Below, piece by piece: positions 18,247 to 28,165 of a DNA stretch of 64,000 nucleotides. Below the pieces are notes generated by a model, which saw only the letters and a program-made list of their open reading frames with translations, was not told the origin of the DNA and searched no databases. The translations under genes and the position numbers were made by a program. The stretch is from Oceanispirochaeta sp. (lineage in GTDB: Bacteria; Spirochaetota; Spirochaetia; DSM-2461). The first letter of the stretch is position 1; each line of letters begins with the position of its first letter. The stretch lies in assembly GCA_963666275.2 (NCBI GenBank), contig CAXXOA010000001.1:1856001-1920000 (forward strand), written 5' to 3'.

Positions 18247-18756
18247 ATGGAACTGTTATCAGAGATTCAAAATAGACAAACGGTCAAAACCTTCTTATCC
18301 GACCCTGTAGATGAAAGGAGTCTTGATAGAATCCTTGAAGCGGGACGACTGGCTCCTTCTGCCAAAAACAGGCAGCCCTGGCGTTTTATTGTTATGCAGG
18401 ACAGGGAACTGAAAGAGAAAATGAAAGAAGCCGCCTACGGGGATGAACGATTTTGTCAGGCCCCTGTCGCTATTGCTGCCTGTACGACCAATATCGGCTA
18501 CAGAATGCCCAACGGTGAACTTTCCTATCCCATCGATCTGAGTTTTGCGGTGTCGCATATGATGCTTCAGACTGAACATGAACAGCTTGGCTCTGCTCTT
18601 ATCACCACTTACAGGGAAGATCAGGTAAAAAATCTCCTGACTATTCCCTATTCTATGAAAGTGGTTCTTATTCTTCTGATAGGCCATTATGAAAAGGGAG
18701 AGGATCTAAAGGACAGACTTCCTAAAAATAGAGTTGTTGCATATGATCACTGGTAG
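18247..18756 (+). CDS. Nitroreductase family protein
   Basis: RQTVKTF, LAPSAKNRQPWRFIV motifs. Confidence 0.92.
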   Translation: MELLSEIQNRQTVKTFLSDPVDERSLDRILEAGRLAPSAKNRQPWRFIVMQDRELKEKMKEAAYGDERFCQAPVAIAACTTNIGYRMPNGELSYPIDLSFAVSHMMLQTEHEQLGSALITTYREDQVKNLLTIPYSMKVVLILLIGHYEKGEDLKDRLPKNRVVAYDHW

Positions 18757-18827
18757 TATAATTTCAAGATATCCGTAATATCGCATCGCTAAAATGCATA
18801 AATTATCAAAATCATAGGAGATTATTA

Positions 18828-19913
18828 ATGAATCATGCACTAAATTTTTATGCAGGTCCCTCTGTCCTTCCTCTGGAAGTTCTGAAGGATCTTCAGGCAG
18901 AGATGGTCGATTACAAAGGCACCGGTCTTTCACTGGTTGAGACCAGTCACAGATCCCCCGAGTACGACGAAGTTCATATGGGAGCAATCAATCTGCTGAG
19001 AGAGATCTATTCGGTTCCTGATAATTTCAAAATACTGTTTCTGGGCGGCGGAGCAACAATGCAGTTCTCCATGATTCCTCTGAATTTTCTCGCGGGAGGA
19101 AAATCCTGTGATTATACACTGACCGGAGCCTGGTCCAAGAAAGCATATGAAGATGCCGTAAAAGTTGGAAATGTCAATGTGGCATACGACGGAAAAGGTG
19201 AAAAATATCTGAGTCTACCGGATGTGAAAACTCTGAAAGCTTCAGAAGGTTCCTCCTATTTTCATATGACTTCCAATGAAACCATCGGCGGTATCCAGTG
19301 GAAAGAGTGGCCAGAAACCGGTGACACTCCCATAATCTGTGATATGTCCAGTGATATCCTCAGCCGCCCTGTCCCCTTTGAAAAATTCGGAATGATCTAT
19401 GCCGGAGCCCAGAAGAACCTCGGTCCCAGCGGACTGGCGGTGGTTATCATAAGAGAGGACATGCTTGATAAGTGCCCCGATAATATCACAGCCTATCTGG
19501 ACTACAGAATTCATGCCGACAAGGACTCTCTGTATAACACTCCACCTGTTTTCCCCATTTATGCCATGTATAAGGTTCTTCAGAAACTGAAAGCAGACGG
19601 CGGCCTGGAAGGAGTTGTGAAAAGGAACGGAGAGAAAGCCGGACTTCTGTATGATGCTATAGACAACAGTCAGGGATTCTATAAAAATCCGATTGAAAAA
19701 TCTGTCAGATCAGAAATGAATGTTGTTTTCACCATGGCCAACGAAGATCTGGAGAAAAAGTTCATTGCCGAAGCCAAAGCACAACGGATGTATGGTCTGA
19801 AAGGACACAGAAGCCTAGGCGGCTGCAGAGCCTCCATTTACAACTCGCTTCCTATAGAAAATGTTTCCGCCCTGGTGGATTTCATGAAAGATTTTCAGAA
19901 AAAGAACAGCTGA
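18828..19913 (+). CDS. serC: Phosphoserine aminotransferase
   Basis: NFYAGPSVLP, SHRS, GAQKNLGPSG, YNTPP, LKGHRSLGGCRASIYN motifs. Confidence 0.97.
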   Translation: MNHALNFYAGPSVLPLEVLKDLQAEMVDYKGTGLSLVETSHRSPEYDEVHMGAINLLREIYSVPDNFKILFLGGGATMQFSMIPLNFLAGGKSCDYTLTGAWSKKAYEDAVKVGNVNVAYDGKGEKYLSLPDVKTLKASEGSSYFHMTSNETIGGIQWKEWPETGDTPIICDMSSDILSRPVPFEKFGMIYAGAQKNLGPSGLAVVIIREDMLDKCPDNITAYLDYRIHADKDSLYNTPPVFPIYAMYKVLQKLKADGGLEGVVKRNGEKAGLLYDAIDNSQGFYKNPIEKSVRSEMNVVFTMANEDLEKKFIAEAKAQRMYGLKGHRSLGGCRASIYNSLPIENVSALVDFMKDFQKKNS

Positions 19914-19935
19914 TCCGGGAGAATGGAAACTATTT

Positions 19936-20379
19936 ATGATTGTGGACGATCTGAACAAAAGAATACTAAAAGAACTGAAAGACGGCAGAAAATCCTATAA
20001 ATTGATAGCCGAAGAGCTGGATGTTACAGAGAACACAGTCAGATCCCGGGTCCGGAAGATGCAGGAAGACGGAATTCTTGATATTTCCGGTTATGTTGAT
20101 GTTGATAAATTCGATGGTTTACAAATTATCATGATCGGAATCCGGACCAGCTCAATGGACTATATATCCAAGGGAGAGGAGATCAGCAATCTGAAAGGGG
20201 TCATTTCTGTCTCGGTCGTTACCGGCAGATTTGACCTTATTGTCACAGTACAGCTGGATGAAGATCTCCCTCTTCTTGAATTTCTGAAAAATGAATTATC
20301 CAATGTTGAAAGTATTGAAGCCATTGAAACATTCCTTGTCTATAAGGGCTTTAATCTTAAGACACCGTACCTCCATTAA
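19936..20379 (+). CDS. Lrp/AsnC family regulator
   Basis: N-terminal HTH (DGRKSYKLIAEELDVTENTVRSRVRKM), VTGRFDL RAM domain. Confidence 0.93.
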   Translation: MIVDDLNKRILKELKDGRKSYKLIAEELDVTENTVRSRVRKMQEDGILDISGYVDVDKFDGLQIIMIGIRTSSMDYISKGEEISNLKGVISVSVVTGRFDLIVTVQLDEDLPLLEFLKNELSNVESIEAIETFLVYKGFNLKTPYLH

Positions 20380-20399
20380 AAAGAAATAAGGAAAAAACT

Positions 20400-21701
20400 A
20401 TGAGTTCTTCAAAAGAGAAACTTCAGTCCTGTGGTCTGGCAGTTCCAGAGATACTGATGCCCCGGGAAGGTATCGATTATGATAAGTGGGCTGTTATTGC
20501 CTGTGATCAGTTTTCCTCTGATAAAAAATACTGGAAGGATGTGGAATCCCATGTCGGGGATACGCCTTCCACTCTGAATATGATCCTTCCCGAATGCTAT
20601 CTGGATGAATCGGATTCCCGGGTACCCCGGATTAATTCCACCATGAGAGAATACCTTGAGAAAGGGATTCTTCAGGAAGCCGGTAAGGGCTTTGTCTATC
20701 TGACGCGGTCCACCCCCTGGGTAAAATCCCGAAGAGGCCTTATGGTGGCCCTGGATCTGGAAGAGTACAGTTATGAAAAAGGAGCAGAATGCCAGATCCG
20801 TCCCACCGAAGGCACTGTTCTGGAAAGGCTGCCTGTCAGGGCGGCTATAAGAAAGAATGCGGCTCTGGATATACCCCATATTCTGGTTCTCTTTGATGAT
20901 CCGGAAGACAGCATATTTTCCCTTCTTGAAAAGGCGTCTGATGAACTGCCTCTTCTCTATGATTTTGATCTGCCCGGCAATGCCGGTCATCTTGCCGGAA
21001 GATTGGTGTCTGATGAAAATCTGATCGATCGTATTTCTGATTTTTTTATCCAGCTGAAGGATCGGGGAGATTTTCTTTTTGCCGTGGGTGACGGGAACCA
21101 CTCTCTGGGAGCGGCAAAACAGCTCTGGGAAAAAATCAAAGCCTCCGGAGAAGAGGATCTGATGAACCATCCCGCCCGCTGGGCAATGGTGGAATTGGAA
21201 AATATCCATGACAGGGGATTGAATTTTGAACCGATTCACAGAGTTCTCTTCAATGTCGATAGAGAGGAGATTCTGAAAGACCTCAATTCATTTTCAGGAT
21301 TTTCAGCAGAAATTGTTTCGGACGGGAAAATACTGAAAGAGAGAGTAGATGAGCTTTCCGGCAAAGGCCGGCATGCACTGGGAATTATCGAAGGACACAG
21401 ATACTGGCTTCTCTCTATGGAGAATTCGAATGTGACTCTTTCAGCGGAAGCTTTCCATCTCTTTCTTGACCCCTGGCTGGAAAAACATAAAAATGTGGAA
21501 ATAGACTATATTCATGGATCAGATGTTCTGTTTCAGCTTTCGGAAAAAGAGGAGAATATCGGGTTTTATCTTCCCTCGATAGATAAATCCACCTTTTTCA
21601 GCCTGATCAGCCGGAAAGGCCCTATGCCTCGGAAAACTTTTTCCATCGGCGAAGCCGAAGAAAAGCGGTACTATCTGGAATCCAGAAAGATTCTGCGCTA
21701 G
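20400..21701 (+). CDS. DUF1015 family protein
   Basis: WAVIACDQF, IRPTEGT, GDGNHSL, FEPIHR, PRKTFS motifs; typical neighbour of serC. Confidence 0.85.
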   Translation: MSSSKEKLQSCGLAVPEILMPREGIDYDKWAVIACDQFSSDKKYWKDVESHVGDTPSTLNMILPECYLDESDSRVPRINSTMREYLEKGILQEAGKGFVYLTRSTPWVKSRRGLMVALDLEEYSYEKGAECQIRPTEGTVLERLPVRAAIRKNAALDIPHILVLFDDPEDSIFSLLEKASDELPLLYDFDLPGNAGHLAGRLVSDENLIDRISDFFIQLKDRGDFLFAVGDGNHSLGAAKQLWEKIKASGEEDLMNHPARWAMVELENIHDRGLNFEPIHRVLFNVDREEILKDLNSFSGFSAEIVSDGKILKERVDELSGKGRHALGIIEGHRYWLLSMENSNVTLSAEAFHLFLDPWLEKHKNVEIDYIHGSDVLFQLSEKEENIGFYLPSIDKSTFFSLISRKGPMPRKTFSIGEAEEKRYYLESRKILR

Positions 21702-22454
21702 ATGTTTTTTAACAGAGCTGTTTCAGCCCTGCTTCTGCCCCCGGGGATATTTATTGCTCTGGGGGTTATTCTCTTTCTGTTGAGAAACAGGGTGCCATCA
21801 AAAATCAGAATGGTTCTTTCCCTGGGACTACCACTTTGTCTCTACCTCTTATCCATCCGTCCTATGGAGGATCTTCTTCTTTATCCTCTGGAATCCAGGT
21901 ATTCTAAAGTGAAATCTTCCAGTGAGTTTTCCGGAGCCCGGTACATTGTTGTTCTGGGTGGGGGAAGTGTCAGCAGAGAATCCGAAAGTTCCCTCTCCAC
22001 CTCAGGGATGACCAGGTTAATGGAAGGGGTTATCCTTTACAGACAATTGGATGTCCCCCTTATTTTCTGCGGCGGAAAAACAATTCAGGGAGCAGAGTGG
22101 CCCTCGGAAGCAGAGATTGCATCTGATACGATGAGAAAACTGGGAGTTCCGGAGAAGGATATCCTTCTGGAGGAGACCAGCAGAAATACCTATGAAAATC
22201 TGAAGAATATGATGGCGCTGTATAGCCCCGAATCTTTTGTCCTGGTGACATCAGCCTATCATATGCCACGGACCATGATCCTGCTCAGAGAATATGAGGG
22301 AGTTAAAGTGATCCCCCACTGTGTGGATTATAAAGTGGAACACAGAAGGTATTCCCTGCTGGATTTCCTGCCCTCCATGGGAGCCCTGAACTCCAGTTAC
22401 AGGGCTCTTCATGAATACATGGGGCTTGTCTATTATGCTTTACGCTATTCCTGA
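21702..22454 (+). CDS. YdcF/ElyC (DUF218) family protein
   Basis: N-terminal TMs, IVVLGGG, SRNTYEN, LVTSAYHMPR, ALHEYMG motifs. Confidence 0.92.
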   Translation: MFFNRAVSALLLPPGIFIALGVILFLLRNRVPSKIRMVLSLGLPLCLYLLSIRPMEDLLLYPLESRYSKVKSSSEFSGARYIVVLGGGSVSRESESSLSTSGMTRLMEGVILYRQLDVPLIFCGGKTIQGAEWPSEAEIASDTMRKLGVPEKDILLEETSRNTYENLKNMMALYSPESFVLVTSAYHMPRTMILLREYEGVKVIPHCVDYKVEHRRYSLLDFLPSMGALNSSYRALHEYMGLVYYALRYS

Positions 22455-23707
22455 TCCTGCCGGGAGTGCTCCAGAGCTGCCAGCCTTTCTGAAAGTGCCG
22501 GATGACTGTAATGAAAAAAACTGTACGCCCTGTGTGGAGTGAGATTGCTCATATTGTCCACTCCCAGCTTCAGCAGGGCCCTTTTCATAGGTTCGGCGCC
22601 CTCAATCACATCCCGGGCAAATCGGTCTGCTTCATACTCATGCTTTCTAGACCAGCTGTTGCTGAGAGGAGAGAGGAGCAGACTGAAAGGGGAGAGACAG
22701 ATACTGAGAATCACCAGAATCGCATGGTATCCCGGCTCTGAAAAACCGAAAGCCCTGTACAGAGGAAGCCATCCCATGAGAGCATGTATGATAAAAAACA
22801 TTAGTCCCGTAGAGATAATCGAAAACAGAAGCCTTTTCAGTATATGTTTCCTTTTGTAATGTCCGATCTCATGGGCCAGAACCGCTTCCAGCTCATCGGT
22901 GCTTAAGGAATCGATAAGTGTATCAAAAAGGACAATCCTTCTGGCTTTCCCGAATCCTGTAAAATAGGCATTTGAATGCGAAGATCTTCTGCTGCCGTCC
23001 ATCATGAAGATTCCATTGGTCCTGAATCCTGTTTTTTCTGCCAGTTTCAGCAGACGTTCTTTCAGCTCTCCCTCTTCCAGAGGGGTAAACTTATTGAATA
23101 GAGGAGCAATGAGTACCGGGTAGAGAACCATCATGATAAACTGAAGGGCAATCAGAAAGGCTGTTGCGAATATCCACCAGAAATTTCCCGTTTTATCCAT
23201 AAAGAAGAAAAGTCCCAGAAGGAGGGGTACGGCAATCACAGGTGTTATGACTATCTGTTTGAGAAGATCTGTAAGATAGGTTTTCAATGCTGTTTTATTA
23301 AAATTATATTTCTCTTCGATATAAAACTGGGAATAGAGGGAAAAAGGAGCAGATACTGCGGAAAACAGAAGAGAGACGACAAATATATAGAGAATATTGT
23401 AAAGATAGCCCGGGGGGATTAAAGCGCTCAGAATCTGATCGATTCTCCCCAGCGAACCTGTAAAAACCATAACAATAAGGAATGCGGAAGAGACAAAAGC
23501 GGATATGAGGCCGAATCTTCCTTTTTCCAGGTTATAGGCCACCGTCACGTCATATTTTTCCTGAGAAAAGCTTTCCTGAAACTGGTCTGGAATTTTTTCC
23601 CTGTTCTTAAGGATATTTCCCATATTTATGACAGATAAAAACCAGGAAACCGTAAACTCAAGCAGAAACAGAATAAGATAAACAATTAAAATAAGGGTTG
23701 AAGACAT
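22445..23707 (-). CDS. M48 family Ste24-like zinc metalloprotease
   Basis: DGSRRSSHSNAYFTG, HEIGH, EYEADRFA, YSHP motifs; multiple TMs. Confidence 0.95.
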   Translation of the reverse strand: MSSTLILIVYLILFLLEFTVSWFLSVINMGNILKNREKIPDQFQESFSQEKYDVTVAYNLEKGRFGLISAFVSSAFLIVMVFTGSLGRIDQILSALIPPGYLYNILYIFVVSLLFSAVSAPFSLYSQFYIEEKYNFNKTALKTYLTDLLKQIVITPVIAVPLLLGLFFFMDKTGNFWWIFATAFLIALQFIMMVLYPVLIAPLFNKFTPLEEGELKERLLKLAEKTGFRTNGIFMMDGSRRSSHSNAYFTGFGKARRIVLFDTLIDSLSTDELEAVLAHEIGHYKRKHILKRLLFSIISTGLMFFIIHALMGWLPLYRAFGFSEPGYHAILVILSICLSPFSLLLSPLSNSWSRKHEYEADRFARDVIEGAEPMKRALLKLGVDNMSNLTPHRAYSFFHYSHPALSERLAALEHSRQDQE

Positions 23708-23791
23708 TCTTTCCTCCCATAAAAGAGATACAGGATACCCTTTATTGCTTTAATTATGCAGAAAAGCGGGCTCCCATGTGGAATAATAAGC

Positions 23792-23819
23792 AAAAAAAAT
23801 CCCTGCCTGAAAGGCAGGG
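23792..23819 (-). terminator. Intrinsic terminator after the small zinc-binding protein
   Basis: CCCTGCCT-3-AGGCAGGG hairpin followed by a T-run on the minus strand. Confidence 0.8.
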
Positions 23820-23838
23820 TTCAATGATAAAATGTAAA

Positions 23839-24033
23839 TTAAAGAGCGGCAATCGCTTCTTTCATTTTACCTTTAGCAACAGCAGAATTGCACTGTTTGC
23901 AGATAGTTACTTTTTTACCATCAAAATCCTGTTCGTAGACAGTTTTAATGGATGTTCTTTTACAGAGAGGGCAAGTTCCTCTTCCGCTCTTTACCTGATC
24001 ACGAATTCCACTGCCTCTGTGAGCTTTAGACAT
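23839..24033 (-). CDS. 64-aa basic CxxC...CxxC protein
   Basis: CPLC and CKQC motifs, Lys/Arg rich; SD AAGGAG, own promoter TTGACT-17-TATATT (24104-24076), own terminator. Confidence 0.85.
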   Translation of the reverse strand: MSKAHRGSGIRDQVKSGRGTCPLCKRTSIKTVYEQDFDGKKVTICKQCNSAVAKGKMKEAIAAL

Positions 24034-24117
24034 ACAATCTCCTTAAAGCACAAATGCCGGTATTTAACTTACAGAAATATATAGAGAGGTTTCTAAAAAG
24101 TCAATCCTGTTAAGGCT

Positions 24118-25392
24118 TTAGAAATATAAAACTGAACTAATTGAGAGCTCCCTTTCACTGAAATCATGAATATTCACGCCGTAATCCAGATTTATCTGAA
24201 CATTCGGGATGGGATAGGGAAAAATCGTTGCGGAAAAACCAGCAGTAAAAAGCATATCGTTCCGGTAGAACAGCTCATTTGTGTCTCCCACATACCCCAT
24301 ATCCAGAAAAGGAGAGATGTGGACATCAGTAATATAGGGAATTTTTATTACAGGTATGACAAAATTCTGATTCCAGAAAAAACCTCTGTTTCCCGTCAGT
24401 TTGTAGTCCAGGATCCCCCTGAGACGATCTCCTGATTTCTCTCTGTATCCATTGAAATAGTAAAAGCCGCTGACTCTGCTGTTGTAATTGAAGACAGGCG
24501 TGTACATATAGGTGGTGAGAATCCCGTCGTTCCAGAAGACAACTTCATTACTTGTGGACTGATAATTGATTCCGCTCTCAAGAGAGGCTGTGATCCCCTG
24601 CCTGAGATTTCCGATCCAGTTAACATGATCATATAGAATTTTCTGACTGATAGCGGGAATGATGCCCCGTTCCTGAAAATAGCGGTTTTTTTTTCCTGTA
24701 TTGTTTATCTTAAAGTCATAACTGTAGGGAAAGTAGATTATGGGAGTGACCACATAATCCAGAAATCCCAGGACATCAAACTGAAAGTCCGTATCAAAAA
24801 TAGTTTTGATATAGCTGTACTGAAGGTTGAGTTTCCCCTCTTCGTCAACCGCCCGGATGGTCTCCCAGAGCTGGGTAAAACGGACGTCCATATCAAAGCT
24901 TCCTATCCTCAATCCTTCCATAGCCGATGACAGTTCTGATTTCAGTGGAGAATAGTATCCCCTGAGACTCAGATCTGTCAGAGTGCCCAGAAAATTCCTA
25001 TAATAGAGATTCAGACCTGTAATCATTCCGTAGTTTGTGTCGTATGTATAAATGGGAATGGGATAAATATTCCAGGCCTCCTCCAGGGAGACAAAAATTT
25101 GCAGCGCATTATACCCGCTGGAATCATCAAGAACAGCATAATCAATTTTGACAGATTTGAAAATTTTCTTATTGATAAGCCCCTGTTTCTGCTCTCTCAG
25201 ATACTCCTCAAGTGATATTTTGTCATTGAAAATATTCTGGGTATCCCAGTCGAGAAATGCATTGAGGGAAGACTGGCGGACAATGCCGTCAATCTCATTG
25301 GTGACAGTCTGAATCTTGTACTTATCTGAATCGGCCGCAAGCGGGAGGAGGATTGTGAGCAGAAGTAAAAGAAGAATTTTCAGAGATTTCAC
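24118..25392 (-). CDS. Putative outer-membrane beta-barrel protein
   Basis: Signal peptide, POTRA-like N-terminus, aromatic-rich amphipathic strands, LRG motif, C-terminal Phe (SISSVLYF). Confidence 0.7.
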   Translation of the reverse strand: MKSLKILLLLLLTILLPLAADSDKYKIQTVTNEIDGIVRQSSLNAFLDWDTQNIFNDKISLEEYLREQKQGLINKKIFKSVKIDYAVLDDSSGYNALQIFVSLEEAWNIYPIPIYTYDTNYGMITGLNLYYRNFLGTLTDLSLRGYYSPLKSELSSAMEGLRIGSFDMDVRFTQLWETIRAVDEEGKLNLQYSYIKTIFDTDFQFDVLGFLDYVVTPIIYFPYSYDFKINNTGKKNRYFQERGIIPAISQKILYDHVNWIGNLRQGITASLESGINYQSTSNEVVFWNDGILTTYMYTPVFNYNSRVSGFYYFNGYREKSGDRLRGILDYKLTGNRGFFWNQNFVIPVIKIPYITDVHISPFLDMGYVGDTNELFYRNDMLFTAGFSATIFPYPIPNVQINLDYGVNIHDFSERELSISSVLYF

Positions 25393-25535
25393 ATTTTTAT
25401 AATAAACTTCAAAGCTGTCCGGTGAAAAGTCCTTTCTCAGTTTTGGTATCGGGAACTTTAAAAAAAAAGTTTTCCCGGAGAGACTCTGAAAGAGTTCTAT
25501 TGCAGGGCTGATTTTTTCTGTTTATGATACAGAAT

Positions 25536-26312
25536 ATGTTCGAAACGATCGGTTGGTGGTTTAGAAAAAAAATCCAGAGCTTTCTCTACGGGTTTAATTT
25601 TTTCCTCTTTCTTCTAAAAGAAACAGCCCATTTCCCCTGGAATAAACGGGTAGGATTTAAAGTTCTGATCATGCAGATCTATTTTACCGGTGTGGAAGCC
25701 CTTTCTGTCATTGCCCTCATATCCCTGGGTATCGGAGCTGTTATCATCATACAGGGCGTGGCGATCCTCCCCATGTTCGGACAGGGCTCTCTCATGTATT
25801 CCATTCTCATTATGATTATTACAAGAGAGCTGGGACCCTTGCTGACAGCTTTTATCATTACAGCCCGATCGGGCAGCGCCATAACTACCGAGCTGGGGAA
25901 TATGGTAATATCCCATGAAATGGAAGCCTATATGTCCATTGGCCTTCACCCCATCTCCTACCTGGGAGTTCCTAGGCTGTACGGGGTGGTTCTGGCCATG
26001 CTCTTTTTAAATATCTACTTCAACCTTTTCGGTCTGATGGGGTCCTATATTGTGGCATCCTTTATTCACAGTATCCCTTTTGATGAATATACATTCAATC
26101 TGATACAGGCCCTGACTATGGAGGATATACTTTCGGCTTTGCTGAAAAGCATCGTCTTCGGAATCATTGTTGCGGTGGTATCCATCTATTATGGATTTGA
26201 TGTCAACAGAGCCGTAACAGAAGTTCCCCAGAAAACGATCAAATCCATCGGAACAAGCATCACCCTCTGCATCCTGGCAGATGCGGTGATCGTCGTTCTG
26301 ACAAGGATGTAA
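25536..26312 (+). CDS. mlaE: MlaE-family ABC permease
   Basis: RELGPLLTAFIITARSGSAITTELG motif. Start placed at ATG 25536 because ATG 25524 lies inside the -10 box. Confidence 0.92.
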   Translation: MFETIGWWFRKKIQSFLYGFNFFLFLLKETAHFPWNKRVGFKVLIMQIYFTGVEALSVIALISLGIGAVIIIQGVAILPMFGQGSLMYSILIMIITRELGPLLTAFIITARSGSAITTELGNMVISHEMEAYMSIGLHPISYLGVPRLYGVVLAMLFLNIYFNLFGLMGSYIVASFIHSIPFDEYTFNLIQALTMEDILSALLKSIVFGIIVAVVSIYYGFDVNRAVTEVPQKTIKSIGTSITLCILADAVIVVLTRM

Positions 26313-26323
26313 AGGAGAGTGGT

Positions 26324-27088
26324 GTGAACTGGAATGAGGTCCCTGTGATTCTGGAGGATGTTTCGGTTACAGATGACAGAACTGTCATTCTTAATAATAT
26401 TTCTCTCGAATTTGTCCCGGGAAAAGTCACTGTGATCATGGGAACCTCGGGCTGCGGTAAATCCACCGCCCTCAAAGCGGCGGCAGGACTGATCCCCATA
26501 TCCAGAGGAACTGTAAAATACGGCGACATGAAGCTGTACAAACTAAACCAGAAAGATTTTGCCATGGTTCAGAAACACACAGGTTTCATGTTTCAGGACG
26601 GGGCTCTCTGGGCCAATAAAAATCTTTATGACAACCTGTCGCTGCCTCTGATTATTTCAGAGCCGGAAATTGATAAGGAAACCCTGGACAGAAAAGTCCG
26701 GGAGCTTCTCTCCTCTTTTCAGATGGAAGGAGAGATCATGAGCCGGCCTGTGGCCCTATCGGCGGGAGAGAAGAAGATCATCTCTTTTCTCAGAGCCATC
26801 ATTTCTGATCCACAGATCCTTTTTATGGATGAGCCGACCACCTACATAGACAGGAAAAGCACACTTCTTCTTATTAAAAAGATATTTCAGTTTAAAAAAG
26901 AGGGCAAAACAATTGTCCTTGTCACTCACGACCTGACACTGGCCAGGAGTCTGGCAGATTACTTTATTTTTCTCCACCAGGGAAATATCATTATTAATGA
27001 TACTCTTTCCAATGCCATGAAATCTGAAAATGAGCTGCTGAGAAGCTTCATTGAAGACCAGTCTCCGGATGGAGGAACCAGAGAATGA
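26324..27088 (+). CDS. mlaF: MlaF-family ABC ATPase
   Basis: Walker A GTSGCGKST, FQDGAL, LSAGE, MDEPT, VTHD motifs. Confidence 0.9.
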   Translation: MNWNEVPVILEDVSVTDDRTVILNNISLEFVPGKVTVIMGTSGCGKSTALKAAAGLIPISRGTVKYGDMKLYKLNQKDFAMVQKHTGFMFQDGALWANKNLYDNLSLPLIISEPEIDKETLDRKVRELLSSFQMEGEIMSRPVALSAGEKKIISFLRAIISDPQILFMDEPTTYIDRKSTLLLIKKIFQFKKEGKTIVLVTHDLTLARSLADYFIFLHQGNIIINDTLSNAMKSENELLRSFIEDQSPDGGTRE

Positions 27089-27122
27089 ACAGGATAATTC
27101 TAATTGTTACAGGATGGGCTTT

Positions 27123-28163
27123 ATGAAATTCGGATTCAGACATGCAGATAAATTTGTCGGACTTTTTGTCCTGATTGCCATGGTTTTCATTACGGCATCT
27201 GTAGTTGTCACGGGAGTCAATAAAAGATGGTTCGCCAGGGACTATGAATTTTTCTCCCGTTTTAATACGGCGTCCGGTCTGAGCGTGGGAATGCCTGTGA
27301 AGCTCCGGGGATTTGAAATAGGAAAAGTGGAGAGGATCACTCTCAATGAAAAAAATCAGGTGGATATAACCTTTGTTATTTATGATACCTATATTGATAA
27401 AGTCGTGGAAAATTCCATGATAGAGTTATCCTCCAATCCCCTGATGGGGGGCGGATTGAATTTCTACCCCGGAAAAGATTCCCAGACAGGCATACCTGAA
27501 TTCAGCTTTATACACTCCAACCATACCGAAAGAGGCAGGGAACTCCTGGCATCCCAGCTTGTGGATAAACCGGCAGGAACCGACCCTATAAGCGATATAC
27601 TGGGGAATGTTGATCCTATTCTCAAGGATCTGGACGGACTGCTCCTCTCCATGTCGGGTATACTGAACACTCTTGACGGGGCTCTTCTCGGAGATACCCG
27701 CAGCCCTGTCGGGGGGATGCTCCTGAATCTGGAAGGCACAACAGCCGCAGTAAACACTGTTTTCCCTGTGGTGGAAGCGATCATGAAAGATGTGGACAGC
27801 ATGACAACCTCACTGTCACTCCTTATGAAAGAGCTGGAAGATCCTACGGGGATTGTACCCAAACTGATAGACCCCACAGGGACACTGGATACAATTTTTC
27901 ATGATGACAATGTTCTGTTTGAGCAGATTGTAACCATCCTTGAGGATGTTCATGCCAACCTCGCGAATCTGGCAGTTCTGACAGACGATCTGAAAGGTAT
28001 CACTCCGGAATTGAATGCTGTACTGAATGAGGCATCCGGCGCATTACGGGAAGGGGAAAAAGTCCTGGAAGGACTGTCCAACAATCCGATCCTGCGGAAA
28101 GGCATCAGTCAGGATGTGGATGCTTCTTTTCAGCAGACGACCCTAAGGGATGAGGAATTCTAA
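27123..28163 (+). CDS. MCE/MlaD-family protein with a long helical C-terminus
   Basis: N-terminal TM, ASGLSVGMPVKLRGFEIGKV MCE motif, helical tail. Start likely 27123 (MKFGFRHADK) rather than 27051. Confidence 0.88.
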   Translation: MKFGFRHADKFVGLFVLIAMVFITASVVVTGVNKRWFARDYEFFSRFNTASGLSVGMPVKLRGFEIGKVERITLNEKNQVDITFVIYDTYIDKVVENSMIELSSNPLMGGGLNFYPGKDSQTGIPEFSFIHSNHTERGRELLASQLVDKPAGTDPISDILGNVDPILKDLDGLLLSMSGILNTLDGALLGDTRSPVGGMLLNLEGTTAAVNTVFPVVEAIMKDVDSMTTSLSLLMKELEDPTGIVPKLIDPTGTLDTIFHDDNVLFEQIVTILEDVHANLANLAVLTDDLKGITPELNAVLNEASGALREGEKVLEGLSNNPILRKGISQDVDASFQQTTLRDEEF

Positions 28164-28165
28164 AA

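Noticed and set aside
20409..21239. Long antisense ORFs (also 30246-31160, 33393-34148, 44943-45782)
   Set aside because: They lie opposite well-conserved genes, lack recognisable motifs and are typical codon-bias shadows.
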